This document shows, piece by piece, positions 17,692 to 25,981 of a stretch of DNA of 64,000 nucleotides. Position numbers and translations under genes: made by a program. Origin of the DNA: an uncultured Candidatus Saccharibacteria bacterium (GTDB taxonomy: Bacteria > Patescibacteriota > Minisyncoccia > Phycocordibacterales > UBA9973); contig CAYXTA010000001.1 of NCBI GenBank assembly GCA_964468315.1, positions 64,277 through 128,276 on the forward strand. Direction: 5' to 3'. The notes beneath the pieces are model-generated. The model searched no databases, had not been told where the DNA came from, and saw only the letters and a list, made by a program, of their open reading frames with translations. Each line of letters opens with the position of its first letter. The stretch's first letter is position 1.

Positions 17692-18273
17692 TTGATAGAA
17701 TTTCAAATTTTCTGTTATACTTATTTTATGGAAGGTCATTTTAATACAGAAAAAAATAAATCTGAACAATTAGAAATAATAAGAAAAGAGGTTGAAAAAA
17801 TTGTCGATAAACTCGGATTAGGAATCGATCAGGATATAAAAGAAACAGTGGCTATTTTTCGTGCAATGGATTTTCCAACTTCATCATCATGTTCTGGTCA
17901 TACTAACGATATGGGTGATGAAGGGTACGGATTGCCATATGTTGAAGTATACGCTCCTGCTCCCAAAGGATGGATTGAAGATAAAACGAATAAAGAATTA
18001 AGAGAAAAATGGAAACAAGAAAACGTTAAATATAGAAAAAAAATTATACCTCTTTTAGAGGATTTTAATAAAAAAAGAACTTCCGCGAATGACGTTCTTT
18101 TACACATAAGCGATATAGGTTCTTTTAGTGCTTTTAGAATTGAGAGTATTGGGGTAGAGGAGACAAGAAAATTAAAGTCTGAAGAAGAGTTGGTAATTAA
18201 AATAAAACAATTTCAAGAAGAAATGAAGTTTTTTACAGAGTTTTTGAAAGATAAATTCTTAAAAGGAAAATAG
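17692..18273 (+). CDS. Hypothetical protein.
   Basis: 193-aa ORF. The real start may be the Met at about 17725 (MEGHFNTEK). Confidence 0.45.
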   Translation: MIEFQIFCYTYFMEGHFNTEKNKSEQLEIIRKEVEKIVDKLGLGIDQDIKETVAIFRAMDFPTSSSCSGHTNDMGDEGYGLPYVEVYAPAPKGWIEDKTNKELREKWKQENVKYRKKIIPLLEDFNKKRTSANDVLLHISDIGSFSAFRIESIGVEETRKLKSEEELVIKIKQFQEEMKFFTEFLKDKFLKGK

Positions 18274-18316
18274 AATGAACGCTGTTATTTTTATATGATA
18301 AAATACAATATAATAT

Positions 18317-18748
18317 ATGGAAAGATTTAAATTAAATGTAGCTGTTTACTTGTTATTAATAAAAGGTGATAAAATACTTCTTTTGCGAAGATTTAATACT
18401 GGTTGGCAAGATGGAAATTACAGTCTTCCTGCTGGACATTTAGAAATGGGTGAAACTCCGACTTCTGGAATGATGCGAGAAGGTTTAGAGGAAATAGGAA
18501 TTACGTTACACAAAGAAGATTTAGAAATGGTACATACTATGCATAGAATACATGGATATTATATTGATTTATTTTTTACTGCTAAAAAATGGGAAGGAGA
18601 GATCGTAAATAAAGAATTAAATAAATGTGATGATCTAAATTGGTTTCCACTTGAAGATTTACCAATAAATATAGTACCTTCAGTAAAATCTGCCATTGAA
18701 CAATATAAAAAAGGTGTTCATTTTTCAGAGTTTGAAATGGAGGGGTAA
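18317..18748 (+). CDS. Nudix hydrolase.
   Basis: Nudix box GHLEMGETPTSGMMREGLEEIGI (Gx5Ex7REuxEExGu). Confidence 0.75.
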   Translation: MERFKLNVAVYLLLIKGDKILLLRRFNTGWQDGNYSLPAGHLEMGETPTSGMMREGLEEIGITLHKEDLEMVHTMHRIHGYYIDLFFTAKKWEGEIVNKELNKCDDLNWFPLEDLPINIVPSVKSAIEQYKKGVHFSEFEMEG

Positions 18749-18964
18749 TATATGCACATAGAATTCTTGCATTAGAAATATTAATGCAATATACTTTTAG
18801 TGGCGAATATATATATGGAATCAGCCCTAAGGGGACTATACTCTGCAAAAACAATAATTTTTCATTAACCGCTTAAGGTTAATACAACAATAATAAAAGA
18901 CAAAATCTACGGAAGTCAATGAAAGCAGAGCAAAAAGAATATTAGCGAATAAACACGCTTTTTA

Positions 18965-19012
18965 GGCTTTTTGCTCAGTTTGAAGTTAAGACTTCTTCTC
19001 GAGCAAAAAGCC
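18965..19012. repeat. Perfect 12-bp inverted repeat GGCTTTTTGCTC...GAGCAAAAAGCC with a 24-nt loop.
   Basis: Seen directly in the sequence. It lies at the left edge of the phage-like module, about 100 bp upstream of the ParB-MTase gene. It is not followed by a T-run. Confidence 0.5.
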
Positions 19013-19114
19013 AAGTACAAACTTGGTTTTCTTGTTGTATGGGCAACTTTTAAACAAAATATTCTTTCAACAAAATCTCCCAAAATTATTAAGTAATAAA
19101 TAAGGAATTTTAGT

Positions 19115-20398
19115 ATGAATAAAAATACTCAATTAATTTGGCGTACAGAAGTACGTAAAGTAGAAAGTCTTAAAACATGGAGTAAAAATCCTCGTAAATT
19201 AACAAAATCAGCATTTAAAACCTTAGTGGAAAGGATTGAGCAACGCGGTTTTCACGCAGTACTTGTAATTGATACAGATGACACGATTCTTTCAGGTAAT
19301 CAGAGAAAAAATGCACTTATACATTTAGGAATTACTGAAGTAACAGTGTTGGTTCCAAACCGTAAACTTACAGAAGATGAAAGAAAAAAGATTGCTTTAG
19401 AATCTAATTTAAATGATGGGGAATGGGATTTTTCAAAATTAAAATCTTTTAACATGGATCTGCTGAGTGATATAGGTTTCCCTGATTCAGATCTTTCAAA
19501 TATCTGGTCGGAAAATCTTGAAGCTGAAGATGATAACTTTGATGAAAAACTTGAACTGTCAAAAATTAAAGTTCCAAAAACTAAACTTGGAGATCTAATT
19601 ATTATGGGAAATCATAGATTAATTTGTGGAGATTCAACGGATCCTAAAGTTCTTAAAAAGTTATTCGGAAACGAGAAAGCATCTATGATATATTCTGATC
19701 CGATTTACAATATTAAAATAAATTATAGTAAAGGGATTGGAGGTAAACAAAAATATGGTGGAAATGTAAATGACAATCGTAGCTTTGAAGAATACAAAGA
19801 ATTTCTAAATAAAAGTTTAATTAGTGCACTTGCTGTATCAAAAGATGACCTTCATGTTTTTTACTGGAATGATCAGACAGGGATAGGAATTGTACAAGAT
19901 TTATATCGTGAACTTGGTATTGAAAACAAGCGAGTATGTTTGTGGATTAAAAATGGACAGAATCCTGTGCCGAGTGTGGCGTTTAATAAATGCTATGAAC
20001 CATGCATATATGGTGTAAAAGGACGACCATATATTTCTTCAAATTTACAAAACCTCAATGAGGTCATGAATAAAGAAATGACAACTGGTAATAGTCTTAT
20101 GGAAGAAACACTTGATCATCTTGATATTTGGACAGTGAAAAGATTGTCAGGTAAAGATTACGAACATGCTACAAGTAAACCTCCAAAACTTCACGAAAAA
20201 GCTATTCGTCGTTGCACTAAGCCTGGTGATATTATTCTAGATTCATTTTCAGGTTCTTCCAGCACACTTATTAGTGCTGAACAATTAAAACGTCGAGTAT
20301 ATGCTGTCGAGCTAGAAGAAGTATTTTGTGATTTGGCGATTCGCAGGTACGAAAAATTAACAGGTAATAAAGCAAAAATAATCCATGAAAAAAAATAA
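19115..20398 (+). CDS. ParB-like nuclease domain fused to a DNA N6-adenine/N4-cytosine methyltransferase (phage/plasmid type).
   Basis: N-terminal ParB/Srx-like region (GFHAVLVIDTDDTILSGNQRKNA). MTase motif IV SDPIYNI (DPPY-like) lies before motif I ILDSFSGSSST, the beta-class order. Confidence 0.7.
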   Translation: MNKNTQLIWRTEVRKVESLKTWSKNPRKLTKSAFKTLVERIEQRGFHAVLVIDTDDTILSGNQRKNALIHLGITEVTVLVPNRKLTEDERKKIALESNLNDGEWDFSKLKSFNMDLLSDIGFPDSDLSNIWSENLEAEDDNFDEKLELSKIKVPKTKLGDLIIMGNHRLICGDSTDPKVLKKLFGNEKASMIYSDPIYNIKINYSKGIGGKQKYGGNVNDNRSFEEYKEFLNKSLISALAVSKDDLHVFYWNDQTGIGIVQDLYRELGIENKRVCLWIKNGQNPVPSVAFNKCYEPCIYGVKGRPYISSNLQNLNEVMNKEMTTGNSLMEETLDHLDIWTVKRLSGKDYEHATSKPPKLHEKAIRRCTKPGDIILDSFSGSSSTLISAEQLKRRVYAVELEEVFCDLAIRRYEKLTGNKAKIIHEKK

Positions 20399-20792
20399 AA
20401 AGAAAGATGAGTTTTTAGAACAACTCAAAAAAGTTCCAATTGTTTTAGTTGCATGTGAAAAATCTGCACTCTCTCGCAATACTGTATATCGATGGCGAAA
20501 GGAAGATAATGAATTTTCTGTTGCAATGGATCAAGCCCTTAAAGAGGGCGAAGAATTAGTAAATGATATGACTGAAAGTCAGCTCTTAAGTATGATCAAA
20601 GATAAAGAATGGTCAGCTATTTCTTTTTGGCTTCGACATAGGAATCCAAAGTTTAGAGACAAGGTTGAACTCGTCGGAAATATTAACCATACCACTCGTG
20701 AATTAACTTCTGAAGACGAAGAACTACTTAAGGAAAGTCTTCGTCTTGCATTACCAACTAATCATAAACAAAATGATGAACCTAAATCCTAA
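20385..20792 (+). CDS. Putative terminase small subunit / HTH DNA-binding protein.
   Basis: HTH-like ALSRNTVYRWRKEDNEFSVAMDQALKEG. It sits immediately upstream of the terminase large subunit gene and overlaps it. Confidence 0.45.
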   Translation: MKKNKKKDEFLEQLKKVPIVLVACEKSALSRNTVYRWRKEDNEFSVAMDQALKEGEELVNDMTESQLLSMIKDKEWSAISFWLRHRNPKFRDKVELVGNINHTTRELTSEDEELLKESLRLALPTNHKQNDEPKS

Positions 20793-22230
20793 AGAAGAAG
20801 AGATTATCAAACATATGATTAAAGATCGTACCTTTCGATTAGCATTAGTTAAAAAAAGTCACTATTGGTTTTTCTATTATTACTTCGGACAAAAATATGC
20901 AAAGTATCCAACAGCAGATTTTCAACGTGAAATATTTAATATCACAGAAAATCCTGAATTAAAAAATATTGTAATCACAGCATTTCGTGGATCAGCTAAA
21001 TCTACGATTATTACCTTGTCTTATGTGATTTGGTCGATAGTCGGAATTAAACAAAAAAAGTTTCCAATAATTCTTGGTCGAACACAATTAAACACGCAAC
21101 CAAATCTTAATGCTATTAAGAAAGAATTAGAAGAAAACGATTTATTCAGAAAAGATTTTGGTCCATTTAAGGAAGAGGTTGATACTAATGGAACCACACA
21201 ATCTATTATTCTTCCTCAATACAATGCTCAGATATCAACACGTTCAATAGGGCAAAATATTAGAGGTATTAAACATTTGCAATACAGACCGGATTTAATT
21301 ATCGCTGACGACATAGAGGACTCTGATTCAATAAAAAGTCAGAAAAATAGAGATGAGTTATTTGATTGGCTAACTGGTGATGTCATTCCAGCAGGAGATC
21401 GTGATACTCAATTAATATTCATTGGTACACCACTTCATAATGATTCAATTCTAATGCGTTTAAAAGCATTATTTCAAAATGGAGATCCTAAAAATATTTA
21501 CCGTGAATTCCCAATTGTAGATGAAAATAATATTCCTTTATGGCTTGGAAAATTTAAGACACAAGAAGACATCGATAATGAGAGAAAAAAGTGTTTTAGT
21601 GAAATTATGTGGCAACGAGAGTATTTACTCAAGATTTTAGATAGTGAAGATCAAATAATTAAGCGAGAACATATTCATTATTACGAAGAATTACTAACTG
21701 GACATTGTCGTTTTTCTGCTACCGCTATTGATCCAGCACGTTCTCTTAAATCAACTGCTGATTATACTGCTATTGTTTCAGGAAAAATGTTTGAATATGA
21801 AAAGAATAGGAAATTATATATTATGCCTAATCCAATAAATGAACGTCTTACTACAGACCAACAAATACAAAAAGTAAAAAATATTTCGAAAGGATTAAAT
21901 AATAACGAAAGTTATTCCCGTGTATATGTTGAAGATGTTGGATTTCAAGGAGTCATTACTGATTTGTTAAAAAGTGAAGGAATTCCCGCAAAACCATTTC
22001 CTGTCCGAGGTTGGAGCAAAGAAGATCGTCTTATGTCCGTATCTTCACTTATTGAACTTGGGAGAGTGGTCTTTCCAAAGAAAGGAGCTGAAAAATTACT
22101 TGAACAAATTATTGGATTTGGGAAAGAATCACATGATGATCTGGTCGATGCTTGTACAATGTTAATATTTCAAGCTTTTGAAGATTCTAAAAAACCAAGA
22201 CCAAGAATTCAGAATATTTTTATTTATTAA
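20773..22230 (+). CDS. Phage terminase large subunit.
   Basis: Walker A-like FRGSAKSTIIT. Walker B/DE LIIADDIED. C-terminal RNaseH-like nuclease region (IDPARSLKSTADYTAIVSG...VEDVGFQG...HDDLVDA). The ATG at 20773 is preferred over the track start at 20746. Confidence 0.7.
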   Translation: MMNLNPKEEEIIKHMIKDRTFRLALVKKSHYWFFYYYFGQKYAKYPTADFQREIFNITENPELKNIVITAFRGSAKSTIITLSYVIWSIVGIKQKKFPIILGRTQLNTQPNLNAIKKELEENDLFRKDFGPFKEEVDTNGTTQSIILPQYNAQISTRSIGQNIRGIKHLQYRPDLIIADDIEDSDSIKSQKNRDELFDWLTGDVIPAGDRDTQLIFIGTPLHNDSILMRLKALFQNGDPKNIYREFPIVDENNIPLWLGKFKTQEDIDNERKKCFSEIMWQREYLLKILDSEDQIIKREHIHYYEELLTGHCRFSATAIDPARSLKSTADYTAIVSGKMFEYEKNRKLYIMPNPINERLTTDQQIQKVKNISKGLNNNESYSRVYVEDVGFQGVITDLLKSEGIPAKPFPVRGWSKEDRLMSVSSLIELGRVVFPKKGAEKLLEQIIGFGKESHDDLVDACTMLIFQAFEDSKKPRPRIQNIFIY

Positions 22231-22240
22231 TTAACAAATA

Positions 22241-22272
22241 AAAAAGACCTGTAGTTTATACAGATCTTTTTT
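22241..22272. terminator. Bidirectional terminator.
   Basis: AAAAAAGACCTGTAGTTTATACAGATCTTTTTT between convergent genes. Confidence 0.5.
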
Positions 22273-22289
22273 AAGTGCCAATTTAATTA

Positions 22290-22841
22290 TTAGTCTAGAT
22301 CTACTACTATTATTCCTCCTCCAAATAAACTTCCATTGTATTGGAATTGGAGACCTTTTGTGTTATTAGGTATTTCAAATCCAACCCAACCCGTACGCTT
22401 ACTATTTGCAATAACAGCACCATCAAGAGATTTGTTCATATTCTCTATAATTTTATCAGTAACACTTATTTGATAACTATTACCATCTGCGTCTCGTAAA
22501 AACATTTGTCCTAATGTTGTTATATATTGTTGTGTTGATCCGGTATTTTGAATAGTTATATTTAAATTAATATATTTATTACCAGTTGAAGGTTTTGCAA
22601 ATTCTGAACCTTGTGAAAATGAAACATTATTTACTGTGACTATTGAATCACCAAGTTGTATTTTATCTCCAACTTTGTAGGTTTGATTTTGTGATTGGAC
22701 TGTTGTTGTATCAGTGGTATTATTACTTCCAACTTTTTTAGGAGTAGAACTACCAGAACTAGCTATTATTAAAATAATAATTATCACAAGAATCCAAAAC
22801 CAAACTTTTTTATAAAATTTCTTTTTAGGAGTATTCTCCAT
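22290..22841 (-). CDS. Secreted/lipoprotein-like DUF4352-type beta-sandwich protein.
   Basis: N-terminal TM/signal. Ser/Thr-rich linker. A beta-rich domain (GDKIQLGDSIVTVNNVSF...YINLNITIQNTG...WVGFEIP) typical of the DUF4352 family, which is often next to phage genes. Confidence 0.5.
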   Translation of the reverse strand: MENTPKKKFYKKVWFWILVIIIILIIASSGSSTPKKVGSNNTTDTTTVQSQNQTYKVGDKIQLGDSIVTVNNVSFSQGSEFAKPSTGNKYINLNITIQNTGSTQQYITTLGQMFLRDADGNSYQISVTDKIIENMNKSLDGAVIANSKRTGWVGFEIPNNTKGLQFQYNGSLFGGGIIVVDLD

Positions 22842-22891
22842 AATATTTTCTTTTGCGTTTTATTATTTATAAATTCATGAAAATGAGACAC

Positions 22892-22982
22892 AAAAAGCTC
22901 ATCACATGAGTGAGGGTTTAAACCCTCCATATCCGTTTCCAGATACGGCCGTTGAAGACAAACCTCACATGATGAGCTTTTT
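22892..22982. repeat. 91-bp palindromic element with 13-bp terminal inverted repeats AAAAAGCTCATCA / TGATGAGCTTTTT and a nested perfect 16-bp palindrome GAGGGTTTAAACCCTC (22913-22928).
   Basis: Seen directly. It also contains a small CCGT...ACGG hairpin, and lies in the intergenic region upstream of the minus-strand DUF4352 gene. Confidence 0.55.
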
Positions 22983-23259
22983 ATCTTCAACGGACTTTTT
23001 ACCATGCCTTTATTGCTAAAGGTTTAGGCTACTTGTATTTAGTTGTAAATGAATAATACCATTCTCGACCATATTATTCAACGCCTCATTGTATCGCAAA
23101 CTCTTGAAATCACAGAGGATAGTTACCAACATATAAGACTATTCTTTAACATATCTTTTATACATTTACAAAATACCCATATCTTATATAATATGATTAA
23201 GTAAGTATGTCCTTATGGCTGTGTTCGACAGACTCGTTCATTAAAAAACATATAGAAAG

Positions 23260-23916
23260 ATGATAACTGAAAAGATTACATCAGACCAAGAGAAACAATT
23301 AACACGTTTCCTTGAAGACGCTATGCGTAAACTTGACCTATCAAAAGAGCAGGCTCAGGAAATTATTAAAAACGGTGGCAAAATGCAAGCCGAAGTGCGA
23401 GATGTATTGAATAAGTACTCAATAGCAGACAAACGCTTTACATGTGTAAACACCTTTGAAATTGTTGTACCTGCTAACTACAAGCATGAAACACGTTTGG
23501 ATTCATTTTTTAAAGAAAACAAGAAAAAGTTTTATTACTACAATAATGCTATTACTGACAAAAATTTTGCTAAAGCTACAACAAAATTGGAGCCAGGTAG
23601 AAAGTTTAAAGTGAAAGTATTCCAAATCAACAACATAATAACATTAACAGATTGTACAGATTTTTTAAAAAGTCAAAACGCAGTTTTAACTGGTGCCCAA
23701 GGAGCTTCGCTTGTTTACGAACAAAAGAAAGAGGAGTTAGTAAAAGGTAAATGGGCTATTTCTTTTGACGAAAAAGATTCGTTATGGAAAGATTCTAATG
23801 GTTACTTCAGGGTGCCTTATGTGTTCGCTCGCACAGATGGAGACTTCGAGTTCCTCCTTAGTCACTTTGGGATTGCCTGGGTTGAAGGTCGCTGTCTCTT
23901 GTGCTTCTGTGACTAA
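23260..23916 (+). CDS. Hypothetical protein.
   Basis: 218-aa ORF followed by a perfect 32-bp palindromic terminator. Confidence 0.45.
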   Translation: MITEKITSDQEKQLTRFLEDAMRKLDLSKEQAQEIIKNGGKMQAEVRDVLNKYSIADKRFTCVNTFEIVVPANYKHETRLDSFFKENKKKFYYYNNAITDKNFAKATTKLEPGRKFKVKVFQINNIITLTDCTDFLKSQNAVLTGAQGASLVYEQKKEELVKGKWAISFDEKDSLWKDSNGYFRVPYVFARTDGDFEFLLSHFGIAWVEGRCLLCFCD

Positions 23917-23971
23917 AAGTCCTTTGGCACTTTGTATCTTAAATCATCTTTTGCCTTTAATTCTTAAATTT

Positions 23972-24009
23972 GTCCCATTTACTTTATATAAAGTAAATGG
24001 GACTTTTTT
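23972..24009 (+). terminator. Intrinsic terminator built on a perfect 32-bp palindrome.
   Basis: GTCCCATTTACTTTATATAAAGTAAATGGGAC followed by TTTTTT. Confidence 0.7.
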
Positions 24010-24090
24010 GTTTTAATCTAACAAAAGTTACCAACACGTTACCAACGATCAAGCCTTAGCAAAAGGCTTTTTCTCTGTCATTAATTAGAT

Positions 24091-25434
24091 ATGGAGAAGA
24101 ATGCAATAGGGAAGATACACAATTCAATATCTGTATCAGAAGTTCGGATCAAGTACTGCCTATACGCCAGAAAATCGACAGAGCAAGATGAGAAACAAGC
24201 GCTATCAATAGATTCACAGGTAAAAGAAATGCTTCAAATTGCGGAGCGTGAAAATCTTAATGTCGTTGAAGTAAAAAGAGAATCGCATTCAGCAAAAGAT
24301 TCAGGAGAACGGCCAGTCTTTAAGGAAATATTGGAAGATCTACGATCAGAGAAATTCAATGGATTGCTCACATGGGCGCCGGACCGATTAAGTAGAAATG
24401 CAGGTGATCTTGGCTCGCTGGTAGATCTTATGGATCAGAAGAAATTAATCCATATACAAACGTATGGACAGACATTCAAGAATTCACCGAATGAAAAATT
24501 TCTCTTGATGATCTTGTGTTCTCAGGCAAAACTAGAGAATGACAATAAAAGTATTAATGTTAAAAGGGGATTACGGGCAAGAGTAGAGATGGGGTTATGG
24601 CCATGCCGTCCACCAACAGGATACTTCAAAGAGAAAAGAACAGATAGAAAATGTCAGTCAATATTCGATCCAGATCGAGCGCCGATCATAAAGCAGATAT
24701 TTGAAAAAGTAGGATATGATGGCTGGAGCGGAAGAAAGATATATCACTGGCTCAAGCATGAGATTAAATTCAAGACTGAATTTAATATGTTTCTGAGTTT
24801 GGGTAATCTCTATCGCATACTCGAAAATTCTTTCTATTACGGACGCTTTGAATTTCCGAAAGGATCAGGGAACTGGTACAACGGAGTGCATGAACCGATA
24901 ATCTCTAAAGAATTGTTTAATATCGTCCAAACACAGATCAAGAGCCAGATCTTAGAACCACGGTCACAGCAGAAAGAATTTGCCTTTACCAAGATCATGG
25001 CATGCGGATTATGTGGATCAGGAATAACGGCTGATGAAAAGTTCAAGAGATTAAAGAATGGCGGTGTGAATCGCCATGTCTATTACAAATGTACTAGGAT
25101 TAGAGATTCAAAATGTGAGTGCGGATTTATAAATGAAGAAGACCTGATTAAGCAATTACAGATTCTCATTGATGATCTTGAAATGCAGACGGTGCCAATG
25201 AGAGAGAAGATATCGGCTGAAGTGCAGCGATTCAAGAAATTCGAACAGATGCTCTTAGGTACAAAGACACCTATTACTGTAAAAGATATAGATATACGAA
25301 ACTATGCAAAGTTTATATTGCTAGAGGGGACCGTGGATGAGAAGAGGGAATTCTTGAGGTGTTTGAGGAGTGGGATTGTGTTGGAGAATAAGAAAATATC
25401 ACTTATTAAGCCTTCTCAATATATTTTGAAATAA
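24091..25434 (+). CDS. Large serine recombinase (serine integrase).
   Basis: N-terminal resolvase catalytic motif YARKSTEQDEKQALSIDSQ (Ser nucleophile). Recombinase domain. Zn-ribbon Cys cluster (CGLCGSG...YYKCTR...C). C-terminal coiled coil. Confidence 0.8.
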   Translation: MEKNAIGKIHNSISVSEVRIKYCLYARKSTEQDEKQALSIDSQVKEMLQIAERENLNVVEVKRESHSAKDSGERPVFKEILEDLRSEKFNGLLTWAPDRLSRNAGDLGSLVDLMDQKKLIHIQTYGQTFKNSPNEKFLLMILCSQAKLENDNKSINVKRGLRARVEMGLWPCRPPTGYFKEKRTDRKCQSIFDPDRAPIIKQIFEKVGYDGWSGRKIYHWLKHEIKFKTEFNMFLSLGNLYRILENSFYYGRFEFPKGSGNWYNGVHEPIISKELFNIVQTQIKSQILEPRSQQKEFAFTKIMACGLCGSGITADEKFKRLKNGGVNRHVYYKCTRIRDSKCECGFINEEDLIKQLQILIDDLEMQTVPMREKISAEVQRFKKFEQMLLGTKTPITVKDIDIRNYAKFILLEGTVDEKREFLRCLRSGIVLENKKISLIKPSQYILK

Positions 25435-25978
25435 ACCTCTGTTTAGCATCTTCCCACATTTGATCTGTGGTTAAAATCGTATCGTATTTATATATACTTC
25501 CACCAGCACCAAAAGCTTTAAGAAATTGATTAAGATATATCTTAGGATTAATTAATAAGAATTCGTCTTCTATTTTCCATCCCTCAGTCATATCAAAGTC
25601 ATAGCTTAAACTATGGCCCGCAACGTTTATCCAACGATGTGCAATAACATTTCTCCATTCATGAATCCTTTCAGCAACAGTAGAGAATTTAGTGTCTGGT
25701 TTATCACCATCAATAAAATATTCTAAGAAGAGTTTATACCCATCTTCTCCTCCTTTGTTCCAGAAACCATGAGCAATAGTAAGAGCAATTGAATGGGTGC
25801 CGAGAAACATTAATGATGTTTGATAATTTGGAGGATTATAAAAAACGATTCGAAGCTCATTTACTAAATGATTAGCCATTGAATTGGTTATAGTGGCTAC
25901 AACTTCATATGGACCATTATCGTCGAATCTTTTTAGTCTTTGTTCTTTTGTTTCTCCAAGATGTGTATTATTTTTCAT
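25406..25978 (-). CDS. Hypothetical protein with a HEPN-like Rx4H motif (Abi_2/AbiD-like candidate RNase effector).
   Basis: EWRNVIAHRW gives R-N-x-x-x-H, the canonical HEPN Rx4-6H signature with a polar residue after Arg. It is the last gene of a three-gene minus-strand operon. Confidence 0.45.
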   Translation of the reverse strand: MKNNTHLGETKEQRLKRFDDNGPYEVVATITNSMANHLVNELRIVFYNPPNYQTSLMFLGTHSIALTIAHGFWNKGGEDGYKLFLEYFIDGDKPDTKFSTVAERIHEWRNVIAHRWINVAGHSLSYDFDMTEGWKIEDEFLLINPKIYLNQFLKAFGAGGSIYKYDTILTTDQMWEDAKQRFISKYIEKA

Positions 25979-25981
25979 AAA

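Noticed and set aside
18818-18848. A possible degenerate copy of the tRNA-Glu 3' end (GGAATCAGCCCTAAGG versus GGAATCGAACCCTGA) as an att direct repeat at the left end of the integrative element.
   Set aside because: The similarity is only about 11 of 14 positions and could be chance in AT-rich DNA. It is kept only as a lead to test, not as a feature.
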